A DNA stretch of 64,000 nt from an uncultured Planctomycetia bacterium (GTDB taxonomy: Bacteria > Omnitrophota > Gorgyraeia > VGKH01 > JBHPFN01). The stretch spans positions 3,933 through 67,932 of the forward strand of contig CAYOSQ010000008.1 of the NCBI GenBank assembly GCA_964406665.1. The letters are read 5' to 3'. Below the pieces are notes generated by a model, which saw nothing but the letters and a program-made list of their open reading frames with translations, had not been told where the DNA came from and ran no database searches. The stretch's first letter is position 1. Each line of letters opens with the position of its first letter. Shown here in pieces: positions 19,083-28,477 of the stretch. A program made the translations under genes and the position numbers.

Positions 19083-19862
19083 ATGGTTAAGAAAAATAGT
19101 AAAGAACAATGGATTAAGTTTTTAGGTACAGCTGGAGCCCGTTTTGTAATGATTAAGCAGCTGCGTTCTTCCGGCGGTATTTGGATTCATTCTTGCGCAA
19201 CAGATATATTAATTGATCCTGGTCCAGGCAGTATAGTTCGCTGTGCTAATAGTAGGCCTAAGCTTGATCCTACAAAATTAGATGCGATAATTTTAACCCA
19301 TAGGCATCTTGATCATTCTAATGATATCAACGTTATGATCGAGGCGATGACTGAAGGAGGGTTTAAAAAAAGAGGTACTGTATTTTTACCCGCAGATGCT
19401 ATCGACAAAGATTCTATAATACTGAAACATCTTAGAAAGTTTCCTGGAAAGATTATAAAGTTAAAAGCCGGTGAAACATATCGTATAGGGGAAGTAAAGT
19501 TTTCAGTACCAGTTAAGCAGATACATTCTGTGGAGACTTACGGATTGATATTTAATTTTGATAAGCATAAAGTGTCTTTTATCTCGGATACAAAATATTT
19601 TAAAGATTTAATAAAATACTATCAGGGTGATATAATTATAATTAATACAGTATTTTTTGAACCAAGGGAAAGAATCGAACATTTAAATATTCAAGATGTA
19701 AAAGAAATTGTCAGAGGAATTAAGCCGAAGAAAGCGATACTTACACATTTTGGTATGTCTATGGTTAAGGCTAAACCTCATGAATTAGCTAAGCAATTGA
19801 CTGATGAATTGAAAACAGATGTCGTCGCAGCGTATGACGGTATGAAGCTAGAGCTGGATTAA
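19083..19862 (+). CDS. MBL-fold metallo-hydrolase
   Basis: HxHxDH motif (THRHLDHS) and downstream His/Asp ligands. Confidence 0.75.
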   Translation: MVKKNSKEQWIKFLGTAGARFVMIKQLRSSGGIWIHSCATDILIDPGPGSIVRCANSRPKLDPTKLDAIILTHRHLDHSNDINVMIEAMTEGGFKKRGTVFLPADAIDKDSIILKHLRKFPGKIIKLKAGETYRIGEVKFSVPVKQIHSVETYGLIFNFDKHKVSFISDTKYFKDLIKYYQGDIIIINTVFFEPRERIEHLNIQDVKEIVRGIKPKKAILTHFGMSMVKAKPHELAKQLTDELKTDVVAAYDGMKLELD

Positions 19863-19902
19863 AAAGCTAGGAAGCTTAAATTACAAAAAACGGAGAGTTT
19901 AA

Positions 19903-21909
19903 ATGGCTGAAGTATTTGGCTTGATGGATAAAGCGGCTATTATAAAGCAGATGCCGATTTTTTCTAGTTTGAATTTTTTTGATAGGTCTATTGTTGCAAA
20001 AAGCTGTGCTTTAATTAGCTTTGATGCATCTGAGGTAATTTATAGAGAAGATGATCCGCCAAATGCTTTTAACTGTATTGTTTCCGGGAAGGTAAGATTA
20101 TTTGTTCGTTCTGAAAGCGGAGATAAAGAAACTATAGAATATTTAGGCAGAGGAAAATATTTTGGCATAATTTCTCTTTTAACCGGGGAGCCTCATTCTG
20201 TAAGTGCCGAAGTTATCAACGATGCAGTTATTCTTAAAATAGATAAAGAGGAGTTTGATTATTTACTTAAGCGTATTCCCCGTCTAGCTTTAGATTTAAG
20301 CCAAACTCTTTCTCGTCGTCTCAAAAGAAAGAATCTTCACCGTAAAATAATTTTTGAAAGTACGATCGTTTCTGTTTACAGCCCGAGGAAGGTAATAGAT
20401 AAAGCTTTCTATTCTTTAAATTTATCTTGTAGCTTGAAAAAAGAGACAGGAAAGAGAGTTCTATTTGTCAGTTTCAACTTTAAAAATGGCAGTGAGGTAG
20501 ATAGCTTTGATTTCTTAAAAAATAGGTCTTCAATCAATCTAGCAAATATTAAATCTAATGTACAGGGTGTTAAATCTGCTATTTTAGACCATGGTTCAGG
20601 TATTGATATAATAAAAATTATCCATAATAAAAGTGCTGTTGAAGATGCAAATCAGATTGTGCCTTTGTTAAATTTCTTAACTGACGATTATCACTACATA
20701 GTAGTAGATTTACCTTTTGGTAAAGATGAGACCATAACCAAAGCATTAACCCAATCGGACTTGATACATGTTATTTCGGAGGCTAGAGATAGCAATTTAG
20801 CCGAATCAAGGAATTTTATTGTTGAACTGGAGAAAATAACCAAAAAGACAAGCGATAAATTACGTCTGATCTCATTAGACTTAGATAAAAGTTGCAAAGA
20901 AGCTAGTTCTTTAGGAGATGAACCATATGCTACGCTTCCTCGATTTCCTATTAAGCAGCATGCTGATGGTATTGTTATGCATTATCCAGATACTGATTAT
21001 GCAAAGGCATTAAGAAGAATTTCTAGAGAGATTGGGGGAGTGACTATAGGGTTAGCCTTAGGTTGTGGCGCAGCGTCAGGATTAGCTCATATAGGAGTTA
21101 TCAAGGTTTTAGAAAGAGAAAATATACCGATAGATATTTTAGTGGGTTCAAGTATGGGTTCTTTAATCGGAGCTTTTTGGGCTACTGGGATGACACCAAA
21201 GCAGATTGCTAGTATTTTTGTAGACGAGGGGGAACAAATAACCGGAAGTAAGCTTTTGGATTTTACTTTTCCTAAGCTAGGTTTGATATCCGGCAATAAG
21301 ATGGAGCATTTCTTGCGCAGATATATCGGAGATAAAACATTTCATGATGTAAAATTACCCTTTAAGGTCATGGCAAGTAATTTAAAGACTAAAGAAGAAG
21401 TTACCATTGATAAAGGTAGTATCGCAAAAGCAGTGCGTACCAGTATTTCTATTCCTGGTATCGTAGCTCCAGTTAAGTTTGGTGATCAATATCTTTTAGA
21501 CGGGGGGATATTAAATCCGATACCGGTTGGGCCATTGGTTCGAATGGGTATTGGAAAAATCATAGCTGTAAATGTTTTGCCGATTCTTAAAGAACGTAAA
21601 GGTGGATTAAGCTTTCTTGCTGAAAAAAAGGATAAAGATAGAAAGACTATTTTTGGTGGTTTAAAGAAAAAGATTGATAAAAAACTTCAAAAAACCTTTT
21701 CTCCTAATATATTTGATGTTATAGTGGGAAGCCTTGAGGCCATGGAGTATGTTTTAGCTGAGCAGGCATGTCAGCAGGCAGATGTCGTAATAAATCCAGA
21801 AATTGAGCCTTTTGGCTGGTTTGATTTTGTTAGTGCGCAGGAATTAATAAGACTGGGTGAAGAGGAAGCTTTAAAGATGCTTCCTGAAATAAAGAATATG
21901 ATTAAGTAG
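19903..21909 (+). CDS. three-domain protein: N-terminal cNMP-binding domain, central degenerate ParA/MinD-like domain (no Walker A), C-terminal patatin-like phospholipase
   Basis: cNMP-binding fold in residues ~20-140 (GKYFGIISLLTGEPHSVSAEV). Patatin oxyanion motif GCGAASGLAHIGV, nucleophile elbow GSSMGS, catalytic DGG (LLDGGIL). The middle segment VLFVSF...YIVVDLPFGKDETITKALTQSDLIHV resembles a ParA-like fold lacking a P-loop. Confidence 0.8.
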   Translation: MAEVFGLMDKAAIIKQMPIFSSLNFFDRSIVAKSCALISFDASEVIYREDDPPNAFNCIVSGKVRLFVRSESGDKETIEYLGRGKYFGIISLLTGEPHSVSAEVINDAVILKIDKEEFDYLLKRIPRLALDLSQTLSRRLKRKNLHRKIIFESTIVSVYSPRKVIDKAFYSLNLSCSLKKETGKRVLFVSFNFKNGSEVDSFDFLKNRSSINLANIKSNVQGVKSAILDHGSGIDIIKIIHNKSAVEDANQIVPLLNFLTDDYHYIVVDLPFGKDETITKALTQSDLIHVISEARDSNLAESRNFIVELEKITKKTSDKLRLISLDLDKSCKEASSLGDEPYATLPRFPIKQHADGIVMHYPDTDYAKALRRISREIGGVTIGLALGCGAASGLAHIGVIKVLERENIPIDILVGSSMGSLIGAFWATGMTPKQIASIFVDEGEQITGSKLLDFTFPKLGLISGNKMEHFLRRYIGDKTFHDVKLPFKVMASNLKTKEEVTIDKGSIAKAVRTSISIPGIVAPVKFGDQYLLDGGILNPIPVGPLVRMGIGKIIAVNVLPILKERKGGLSFLAEKKDKDRKTIFGGLKKKIDKKLQKTFSPNIFDVIVGSLEAMEYVLAEQACQQADVVINPEIEPFGWFDFVSAQELIRLGEEEALKMLPEIKNMIK

Positions 21910-21941
21910 TAATTTAATCATCGTGGTATAATTATTCAATT

Positions 21942-23192
21942 ATGAAAATTAACAATTGTTTGGTATTGATATTGGGAGGCGGAAGAGGCACTAGGCTTTT
22001 TCCTCTAACGCTTGAGCGCAGTAAACCTGCTATTGGTTTTGCAGGTAAATATCGCTTGATAGATGTTCCTCTTTCTAATTGTATTAATTCTCAGTTACAT
22101 AATATCTTTGTTCTCACGCAATATCTTGCTACAAGTTTACGACGACATATTTCTCAGACTTATCGATTTGATATTTTTTCTAAAGGTTTTATTGAGACTT
22201 TGGCTGCAGAGCAAACGCAAACTAATTTTGAGTGGTTTCAGGGTACGGCTGATGCGGTACGCAGAAGCCTGAGGCATATTCGCCGCTTACCGCATGAAAA
22301 TATACTTATTCTTTCAGGTGATCATCTTTATAAGATGGATTATCGGGAAATTCTTTCTTTTCATCAGGAGAAAGATGCTGATATCACTATAGCTTCTGTT
22401 CCAATCGAAAAAAAAGAAATATCTCGAATGGGAATATTAAACTGTAGGTCAAACGGCAGGATAATTAATCTTTTAGAGAAGCCGGATAAGAATCAGAACT
22501 TAGAAAGTTTCAAGATTAAGGTAAAACAACAATCTTTAAGAAAATCATTTTTGGCTTCTATGGGGGTTTATGTTTTTAAAAAGGAAGTTTTGTTAAAAAT
22601 GCTAGAGACAACGGATGGAGCTGATTTTGGAAAACAGCTACTGCCTTTAGCCATAGCGAATCATAAAGTTTTTTCTTATATGTTTGATGGTTATTGGGTC
22701 GATATTGGAACTATCAAGAGCTATTTTGATGCAAGTATTAATTTGATTTCTGAAAAACCTCGGTTTAAGCTTTTCGATGAAAAATGGCCTTTGTTTTCCC
22801 ACCCTAGATTTCTTCCTCCGACAAAAATAACAAATTCTAACATAAAAGACTCGATTATTTCTGACGGTGGACAGATATTAGAGGCTAAAATCAATCGTTC
22901 TATTGTTGGTTTGCGAAGTATTATAAAGAAAAATGTCACCATAAATGATTCTGTAATTATGGGAAATGACTATTATGAGCGAAAACTTGTCAATAGAATC
23001 AATAGACCGTCTATCGGCAAGGATACTATGATTAAAAAGGCAATAATAGATAAGAATGTAACAATAGGAGACTATTGTAAGATAGGTTATAAGCGCTACA
23101 AAAAAGACATAGATAACCCTAAGTTTTATGTTAGAGGTGGGGTTGTTATCATTCCTCGTGGAGTTGTTATCCCTTCCAAGAGCGAGTTTTAG
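21942..23192 (+). CDS. glgC: glucose-1-phosphate adenylyltransferase-like nucleotidyltransferase with C-terminal left-handed beta-helix
   Basis: N-terminal LILGGGRGTRLFPLT sugar-nucleotidyltransferase motif. 416 aa. Extended -10 (tggtataat) at 21927-21935. Confidence 0.75.
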   Translation: MKINNCLVLILGGGRGTRLFPLTLERSKPAIGFAGKYRLIDVPLSNCINSQLHNIFVLTQYLATSLRRHISQTYRFDIFSKGFIETLAAEQTQTNFEWFQGTADAVRRSLRHIRRLPHENILILSGDHLYKMDYREILSFHQEKDADITIASVPIEKKEISRMGILNCRSNGRIINLLEKPDKNQNLESFKIKVKQQSLRKSFLASMGVYVFKKEVLLKMLETTDGADFGKQLLPLAIANHKVFSYMFDGYWVDIGTIKSYFDASINLISEKPRFKLFDEKWPLFSHPRFLPPTKITNSNIKDSIISDGGQILEAKINRSIVGLRSIIKKNVTINDSVIMGNDYYERKLVNRINRPSIGKDTMIKKAIIDKNVTIGDYCKIGYKRYKKDIDNPKFYVRGGVVIIPRGVVIPSKSEF

Positions 23193-23329
23193 TTCTCTCG
23201 CATTTTATTATATTTGAATATCATCATATCCCTTTGTATTACATATCCTTATGTGCGTATAATTAGCTTGATTCGTCGAGCATTTTCTGTTAAGATTTAT
23301 TAGCATAAAAAAACGCTAATTTAGGGTAA

Positions 23330-24640
23330 ATGGGTGTAAAAATGAGAAATTCAAACCGCCATGTATTCATTTTCTTTTCACAGTTTCTGAAGAAGGAAAT
23401 TGTCGATAAAAACAATAAATTTATCGGTAAACTCTATGACGTTACTCTTCAGCCTACGGAAGTATACCCTAAGTTGTCAGATATTATTATATCTCAGGGA
23501 TTTGTAAAGAAAAGATTCGCTACTGTTTCTTGGAGTAAGGTTATCGATTTTGATGGTGAAGATATCAGACTAGATGTTGATTCTGAGTCTTTGGAGTTTA
23601 CTCAAGAAAAAGAATCCGTAAATAGTATTTCTCTTTGTAGAGATATATTAGATCAGCAGATAATCGATACTTTTCATCATAATGTTATAAGAGTTAATGA
23701 TGTGCATCTTTTGAGAGTGAATCTGGATTTAATGTTAGCTCATGTTGATATTGGTCCTAGAGGTATTATTAGAAGGCTAGGATTTGAGCCTCTGGCTAAT
23801 TTTATTTTTAAGACGGTATTTAAAAAGCCTAACTATCTTCAGGATGAATTTATCCGCTGGAAGTTCGTTCAGTTGTTGTCGATTAATCCAGTTAGTAAGA
23901 CTATCAAGGTAAATGTTCCTCAAAATCAACTTCGTAACATCCCAACAGCTGATTTCAGCGAAATTATGGAAGATCTTGATCCTAAGTACAGAGCTGCTTT
24001 TTTTAAAGTTTTAGATATTGAGAATAAAAGCAGAATATTTGCCGAGCTCGATTTTAAAAGCCAGAAGTTGCTTATTGAGGAATTAAGTGATAAAGAATCA
24101 GTTGAGATTCTTAGAGAAATCCCTCCTGATGAAGCCGTAGACTTCTTAAGCCGCATGTCCAGAGAAACTACGGATAAGCTTCTCAGTTTGATGGAAGGAT
24201 CGGAGGCGCGCAGGCTTTCTAATCTTTTAGGATATTCAAGCGATACCGCCGGTGGTTTGATGACTACAGAATATATTGCTCTTGCAAAGGATATGGCTAT
24301 TAAAGATGTGTTAAAAGAAATTAAAGCAGAATCAACAAAGGTTGAGACTATCCAGTATGTTTATATTGCTGATGAAGATAATGTTTTAGTTGGCACAACT
24401 TCACTGAAACGACTTATAGTTGCAGACGAAAATGATACGATCTTAAGCGCCGCTTTTCCTAAAACCATTTCTGTAAATGTTGATGCGGGAGTTAAGGAAG
24501 TTGCGTACTTAATGGAAAAATATAGATTTTTTGCAATTCCTGTTGTAGATGATGATAAGAAACTGCAGGGTATAATTACTTTAGATGATATTTTTGAACA
24601 AGTTGTTGCAATTGCCTGGAGAGAGTTTAGAAAAGATTAA
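23330..24640 (+). CDS. soluble MgtE-N-domain plus CBS-pair protein (MgtE-type Mg2+-sensing cytoplasmic module without a transmembrane domain), N-terminal PRC-barrel-like region
   Basis: The MgtE_N helical bundle (DLDPKYRAAFFKVLD...EAVDFLSRMSRE...EARRLSNLL) is followed by two CBS motifs (VYIADEDNVLVGTTS..., FFAIPVVDDDKKLQGIITLDDI). No hydrophobic segments. Confidence 0.7.
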   Translation: MGVKMRNSNRHVFIFFSQFLKKEIVDKNNKFIGKLYDVTLQPTEVYPKLSDIIISQGFVKKRFATVSWSKVIDFDGEDIRLDVDSESLEFTQEKESVNSISLCRDILDQQIIDTFHHNVIRVNDVHLLRVNLDLMLAHVDIGPRGIIRRLGFEPLANFIFKTVFKKPNYLQDEFIRWKFVQLLSINPVSKTIKVNVPQNQLRNIPTADFSEIMEDLDPKYRAAFFKVLDIENKSRIFAELDFKSQKLLIEELSDKESVEILREIPPDEAVDFLSRMSRETTDKLLSLMEGSEARRLSNLLGYSSDTAGGLMTTEYIALAKDMAIKDVLKEIKAESTKVETIQYVYIADEDNVLVGTTSLKRLIVADENDTILSAAFPKTISVNVDAGVKEVAYLMEKYRFFAIPVVDDDKKLQGIITLDDIFEQVVAIAWREFRKD

Positions 24641-24661
24641 TCTTTTAAAACAATACTAAAA

Positions 24662-25915
24662 ATGTTTAATAGGTTTAGAGTTTTTTGGAGAAGTTTCTTG
24701 ATATTCCTGGCCATAATGGGTCCGGGTATTATTACAGCAAACGTAGATAATGATGCCGGTGGCATTACTACATATTCTGTTTGCGGAGCAAGTTTTGGGT
24801 ATAGTTTGCTCTGGGCTTTTATCCCAATCATTATAGCGCTTATTCTTATCCAAGAGATGTGCGGTAGAATGGCAGTAGTTACCGGAAAAGGTCTTGCTGA
24901 TTTAATTCGAGAAAACTTCGGGTTAAAGATTACTTTTTATTCTATGATTATTTTAGTTCTTGCCAATCTGGGAAATACTATGGCAGAATTTGCCGGCATT
25001 GCAGCGAGTGCGGAGCTTTTTAATATTAACAGGAATGTTTTGGTAATCTTGAGTGCGGTTTTTGTCTGGTGGCTTGTTGTTAAGGGAACTTACAAGATTG
25101 TGGAAAAGGTATTTTTGACCGCCTGCTTGTTTTATGTATCATATATTGTCACAGGATTTTTAGTTAAAATTGATTTTGGCGAGGTGGCTTTAAATGTTAT
25201 AAAGCCAGAAATTCATTTTGATAAATATTATCTTTTTATGCTGATTGGTTTAATCGGAACTACTATTGCACCTTGGATGCAATTTTATCAGCAGTCTTCT
25301 ATCGTGGAGAAAGGAATTAAATTAGAGAATTACAAATACAACAAATTAGATATAATTATCGGAAGTTTTATTGTTAATATTGTTGCAGTATTTATTGTTG
25401 TTGTTTGTGCGGCTACATTATTTAAAAACGGTGTTCAGATTGAGAGTGCCCGAGATGCTGCATTGGCGCTTAAACCATTGGCTGGCAAGTGGTGTTTTTA
25501 TCTTTTTGGGTTTGGGTTGTTTAATGCTTCTCTTTTTGCTGCTTCGATTTTGCCGCTTTGTACTGCGTATTCTGTATGTGAAGGGATGGGCTGGGAGCTT
25601 GGAGTAGACAAGCGTTTTAAGGAAGCGCCTCAGTTTTATATCCTTTATACCGGAATTATTGTTTTGGGAGTTTTATTTGTATTGATTCCTGATGCCCCAC
25701 TTATAAAGATTATGTTGATTACTCAGGTTGTTAACGGTTTGCTTTTACCTTTTGTTCTTATATTTATGTTAATTTTAGTTAATAATAAGAGACTCATGGG
25801 TGATTATGTTAACTCTAAAGCGTATAATGTATTTTCATGGTTTGTAGTAATTGGCATGATGGCGCTGTCAGTTGCATTTGTATTTACTTCATTTTTGACT
25901 AACGGAGGAAATTAA
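24662..25915 (+). CDS. NRAMP-family transporter with NRMT-like (Mg2+-type) metal-site substitutions
   Basis: 417 aa, 11-12 TM helices. The TM1 motif is GPGIITANVDNDAGG (DAGG in place of canonical DPGN). The TM6 motif is TTIAPWM (T..AP in place of A..MPH). The Asn-to-Gly and Met-to-Ala changes mirror those reported for NRAMP-related Mg2+ transporters. Confidence 0.75.
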   Translation: MFNRFRVFWRSFLIFLAIMGPGIITANVDNDAGGITTYSVCGASFGYSLLWAFIPIIIALILIQEMCGRMAVVTGKGLADLIRENFGLKITFYSMIILVLANLGNTMAEFAGIAASAELFNINRNVLVILSAVFVWWLVVKGTYKIVEKVFLTACLFYVSYIVTGFLVKIDFGEVALNVIKPEIHFDKYYLFMLIGLIGTTIAPWMQFYQQSSIVEKGIKLENYKYNKLDIIIGSFIVNIVAVFIVVVCAATLFKNGVQIESARDAALALKPLAGKWCFYLFGFGLFNASLFAASILPLCTAYSVCEGMGWELGVDKRFKEAPQFYILYTGIIVLGVLFVLIPDAPLIKIMLITQVVNGLLLPFVLIFMLILVNNKRLMGDYVNSKAYNVFSWFVVIGMMALSVAFVFTSFLTNGGN

Positions 25916-26745
25916 TGGGAAAAAAGATTTTTGTATGTTTTATTGTTGCATGTTTTATTTTTAATAGTTTTGGCTTGATTAATTTTGCCCAAGCAAGAAC
26001 TTTTGATGAAGATTGGCAACAGGTTAAGGATGATTTTGAATATATCGTTGATTTTCCTGAGAGAATGGATGGGTTAAGCTATGCGACTACCGTTGCTTTG
26101 CTTGGAGCGGCAGGCTATATGTATGCTGAAAAAGATAAGATGCGAGATTGGTTTCAGTCAAATCGCACAGAAGATAGCGATGATTTAGCCGATGTTTTTA
26201 AACCATTAGGTAAAATGTATTTTGCCGGTGGTTTGGCTGCGAGCCTTTATTTAGGGGGTGCTTTATTTAAAAATGACAGAGAAAGAGAAACCGGGCTTAT
26301 GCTATTGGAATCTCTTATCTATACTGGCGCAATAACTGGTTTAGGTCAGATTATACTTGCTGAAGATAGACCTGATGAAGGCGGAGATATGCATTTTTTT
26401 AAAATCGGAGGGCATGGTATTTCTGGTCATGCTGCAACAGCTGCAGCTTTAGCAGGCCCGATAAACAAACAGTATTTACAAATAACAGATGATGATACTA
26501 ATTTCAATCAAGTTATGAAATATACAGGTAAGGCAGTTGTTTACGGTGCACCTTTGTTAACTAGTTGGTCAAGATTGAATGATGACGATCATTTTGTCTG
26601 GAATTGTCTTTTAGGTAGTGCCATAGGTTTTACAATAGGAGAATTAGTTGCTAATGCTCACAGAAAATCTGATGAGCAAAATTTAGCACTTGCTCCTTTT
26701 ATTGAGGAAGATGTAACTGGAGTAGTGGTTAATTATAGATTTTAA
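25915..26745 (+). CDS. secreted PAP2-superfamily phosphatase-like protein
   Basis: Signal peptide. Motifs LAEDRP (motif 1, degenerate), GISGHA (PSGH-like) and SRLNDDDH (SRx5H) in PAP2 order. Confidence 0.45.
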   Translation: MGKKIFVCFIVACFIFNSFGLINFAQARTFDEDWQQVKDDFEYIVDFPERMDGLSYATTVALLGAAGYMYAEKDKMRDWFQSNRTEDSDDLADVFKPLGKMYFAGGLAASLYLGGALFKNDRERETGLMLLESLIYTGAITGLGQIILAEDRPDEGGDMHFFKIGGHGISGHAATAAALAGPINKQYLQITDDDTNFNQVMKYTGKAVVYGAPLLTSWSRLNDDDHFVWNCLLGSAIGFTIGELVANAHRKSDEQNLALAPFIEEDVTGVVVNYRF

Positions 26746-26769
26746 TTATAAATCAATTTATAAATAGAG

Positions 26770-27396
26770 ATGAAGAAAAAAAGTAAACTGATTGTTGTTT
26801 CAATTATTCTTAATTTATTTTTGTTATTTTCTTTTTGGTATTTTGTTCAATCAAAAAAAGATGGAATGATAACTGGTAATTACTTTAACGGAAATCTTAA
26901 GTTTAGGCATAGCTATAAAGATGGAAAAAAACATGGTATTTGTGAAAAATATGATAAGAATGGTTCGTTAATTTGGAAAGGTCATTACGAAGATGGAATT
27001 TTACTTACAGAAGAATTCTTTAAAGGCAATTTACCTGAACGTAAAAAACTTTATGGAGAAGAAGGAAATTTAGAAATTGATGTATCTTACGGCAAGGGAG
27101 CGAAGACTTATTATGGAAGCGGAGAATTGTCTTCAGAAGCAATGCATGGGGATGGAGCTTCGTCAGTCATGAAAACTTATTATAAGGATGGTGGATTGCA
27201 ATCTGAAATTGAGGTATTAGGTGAAGGCATTCAAAATATTAGACAGTATGACAGAGGCGGTGATTTGATATCTGACAATCAGCTTTCTCTCGAGGAATAT
27301 AATTTAGAAGAATTCAATGTTGAAATGCAGCAAGCTTTTGAACAAATGGAACAGATTAGGCAGCAGAAACTGAAGCAGTATGGAGTTGAAGAATGA
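26770..27396 (+). CDS. membrane-anchored MORN-repeat protein (YwqK-like MORN variant)
   Basis: N-terminal TM helix. Four to five repeats of the YxxGxLxxEGxYxDGKxxG type (KHGICEKYDKNGSLIWKGHYEDG...). Confidence 0.6.
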   Translation: MKKKSKLIVVSIILNLFLLFSFWYFVQSKKDGMITGNYFNGNLKFRHSYKDGKKHGICEKYDKNGSLIWKGHYEDGILLTEEFFKGNLPERKKLYGEEGNLEIDVSYGKGAKTYYGSGELSSEAMHGDGASSVMKTYYKDGGLQSEIEVLGEGIQNIRQYDRGGDLISDNQLSLEEYNLEEFNVEMQQAFEQMEQIRQQKLKQYGVEE

Positions 27397-27433
27397 AAAG
27401 ATTAGGGAATAAATAGGTAATTTATATTTTTTT

Positions 27434-28468
27434 ATGGCTAAAACAAAAATCATCTGTACTCTAGGTCCTGCAAGCAACTCCGAGACGGTTATTCGTAAGC
27501 TAACTTTGTTGGGTATGGATGTTGTAAGATGTAATTTTTCCCACGGTACGCATAAGACTCATTCATCCGCAGTAAAAATAGTAAGAACTGTAAATAAGAA
27601 ATATCGTAGACACATTAGAATCTTGGGAGATTTAGCAGGTCATAGGGTTCGCATTGGTAGGCTTTGGAAGAACAAGCCGATTTATTTAAAAAAGAGAAAA
27701 ATAATTTATCTTTCCCAAAGGAATATTATCGATAAAGATAATATCATTCCTTTTGATTATTCTGGCAACTTAAAGGTTTTTAAAAAAGATCATTTAATAT
27801 TTATTGATGATGGGCGTATTTGTTTAAAGGTAAAGGGAGTTGAGAAATACAGACTTAAGACAGAAGTGGTTGTTGGAGGTTTGCTTGAGTCAAAAAAAGG
27901 TATTAATGTTCCTGAAGCTAAGTTAGAGTTTCCCAAAATAAGCAAAAAAGATAAAAAAGATATTAATTTTATTGTTGAGCAAAAATTTGATTTTATTGCA
28001 CAATCTTTTGTTAGGACAAAAAAAGATGTTTTAGAGGTAAGGAAAATTATTGCTAATCGTCTACCGGATTGTAAAATAATCTCTAAGATTGAAAATTCCG
28101 AAGGAATAAAAAATATAGATGAAATACTTGATGTTTCTGATGGCATTATGATCGCACGAGGTGATATGGGGATATCAGTTCCGATTTACAAAATACCAAT
28201 TATCCAAAAACAAATAATCAAAAAATGTAACAAAAGAAAGAAGTTTGTTATAACCGCAACTCAAATGCTTGAACATATGGTTGAAAATAGAATTCCTACA
28301 AGAGCAGAAGTTACGGATATTGCCAATGCAATTTTAGATGGCACTGATTTTGTTATGTTATCCGGAGAGACTGCAAAGGGTAAATATCCTGTTTTGGCTG
28401 CGGGGATAATGAGTAAGATAGTAAATTTTACTGAGGGGTCTTCACTTTACAAGAAAATTCGAACATAG
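27434..28468 (+). CDS. pyk: pyruvate kinase, short form lacking the C-terminal allosteric domain
   Basis: TKIICTLGP, NFSHG, MIARGDMG and SGETAKGKYP motifs in order. The protein ends about 25 aa after the KGKYP block, at 344 aa (typical PK is ~470 aa). Confidence 0.7.
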   Translation: MAKTKIICTLGPASNSETVIRKLTLLGMDVVRCNFSHGTHKTHSSAVKIVRTVNKKYRRHIRILGDLAGHRVRIGRLWKNKPIYLKKRKIIYLSQRNIIDKDNIIPFDYSGNLKVFKKDHLIFIDDGRICLKVKGVEKYRLKTEVVVGGLLESKKGINVPEAKLEFPKISKKDKKDINFIVEQKFDFIAQSFVRTKKDVLEVRKIIANRLPDCKIISKIENSEGIKNIDEILDVSDGIMIARGDMGISVPIYKIPIIQKQIIKKCNKRKKFVITATQMLEHMVENRIPTRAEVTDIANAILDGTDFVMLSGETAKGKYPVLAAGIMSKIVNFTEGSSLYKKIRT

Positions 28469-28477
28469 AAGGGAGCT

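Noticed and set aside
19903-21909. Considered calling the cNMP-binding patatin protein a CBASS (CapV-like) or Pycsar effector.
   Set aside because: No CD-NTase or class-III nucleotide cyclase, and no Cap2/Cap3-like or other defence-island genes, are adjacent. cNMP-patatin fusions also occur as housekeeping NTE-like proteins, so it is reported only as a finding with a caveat.
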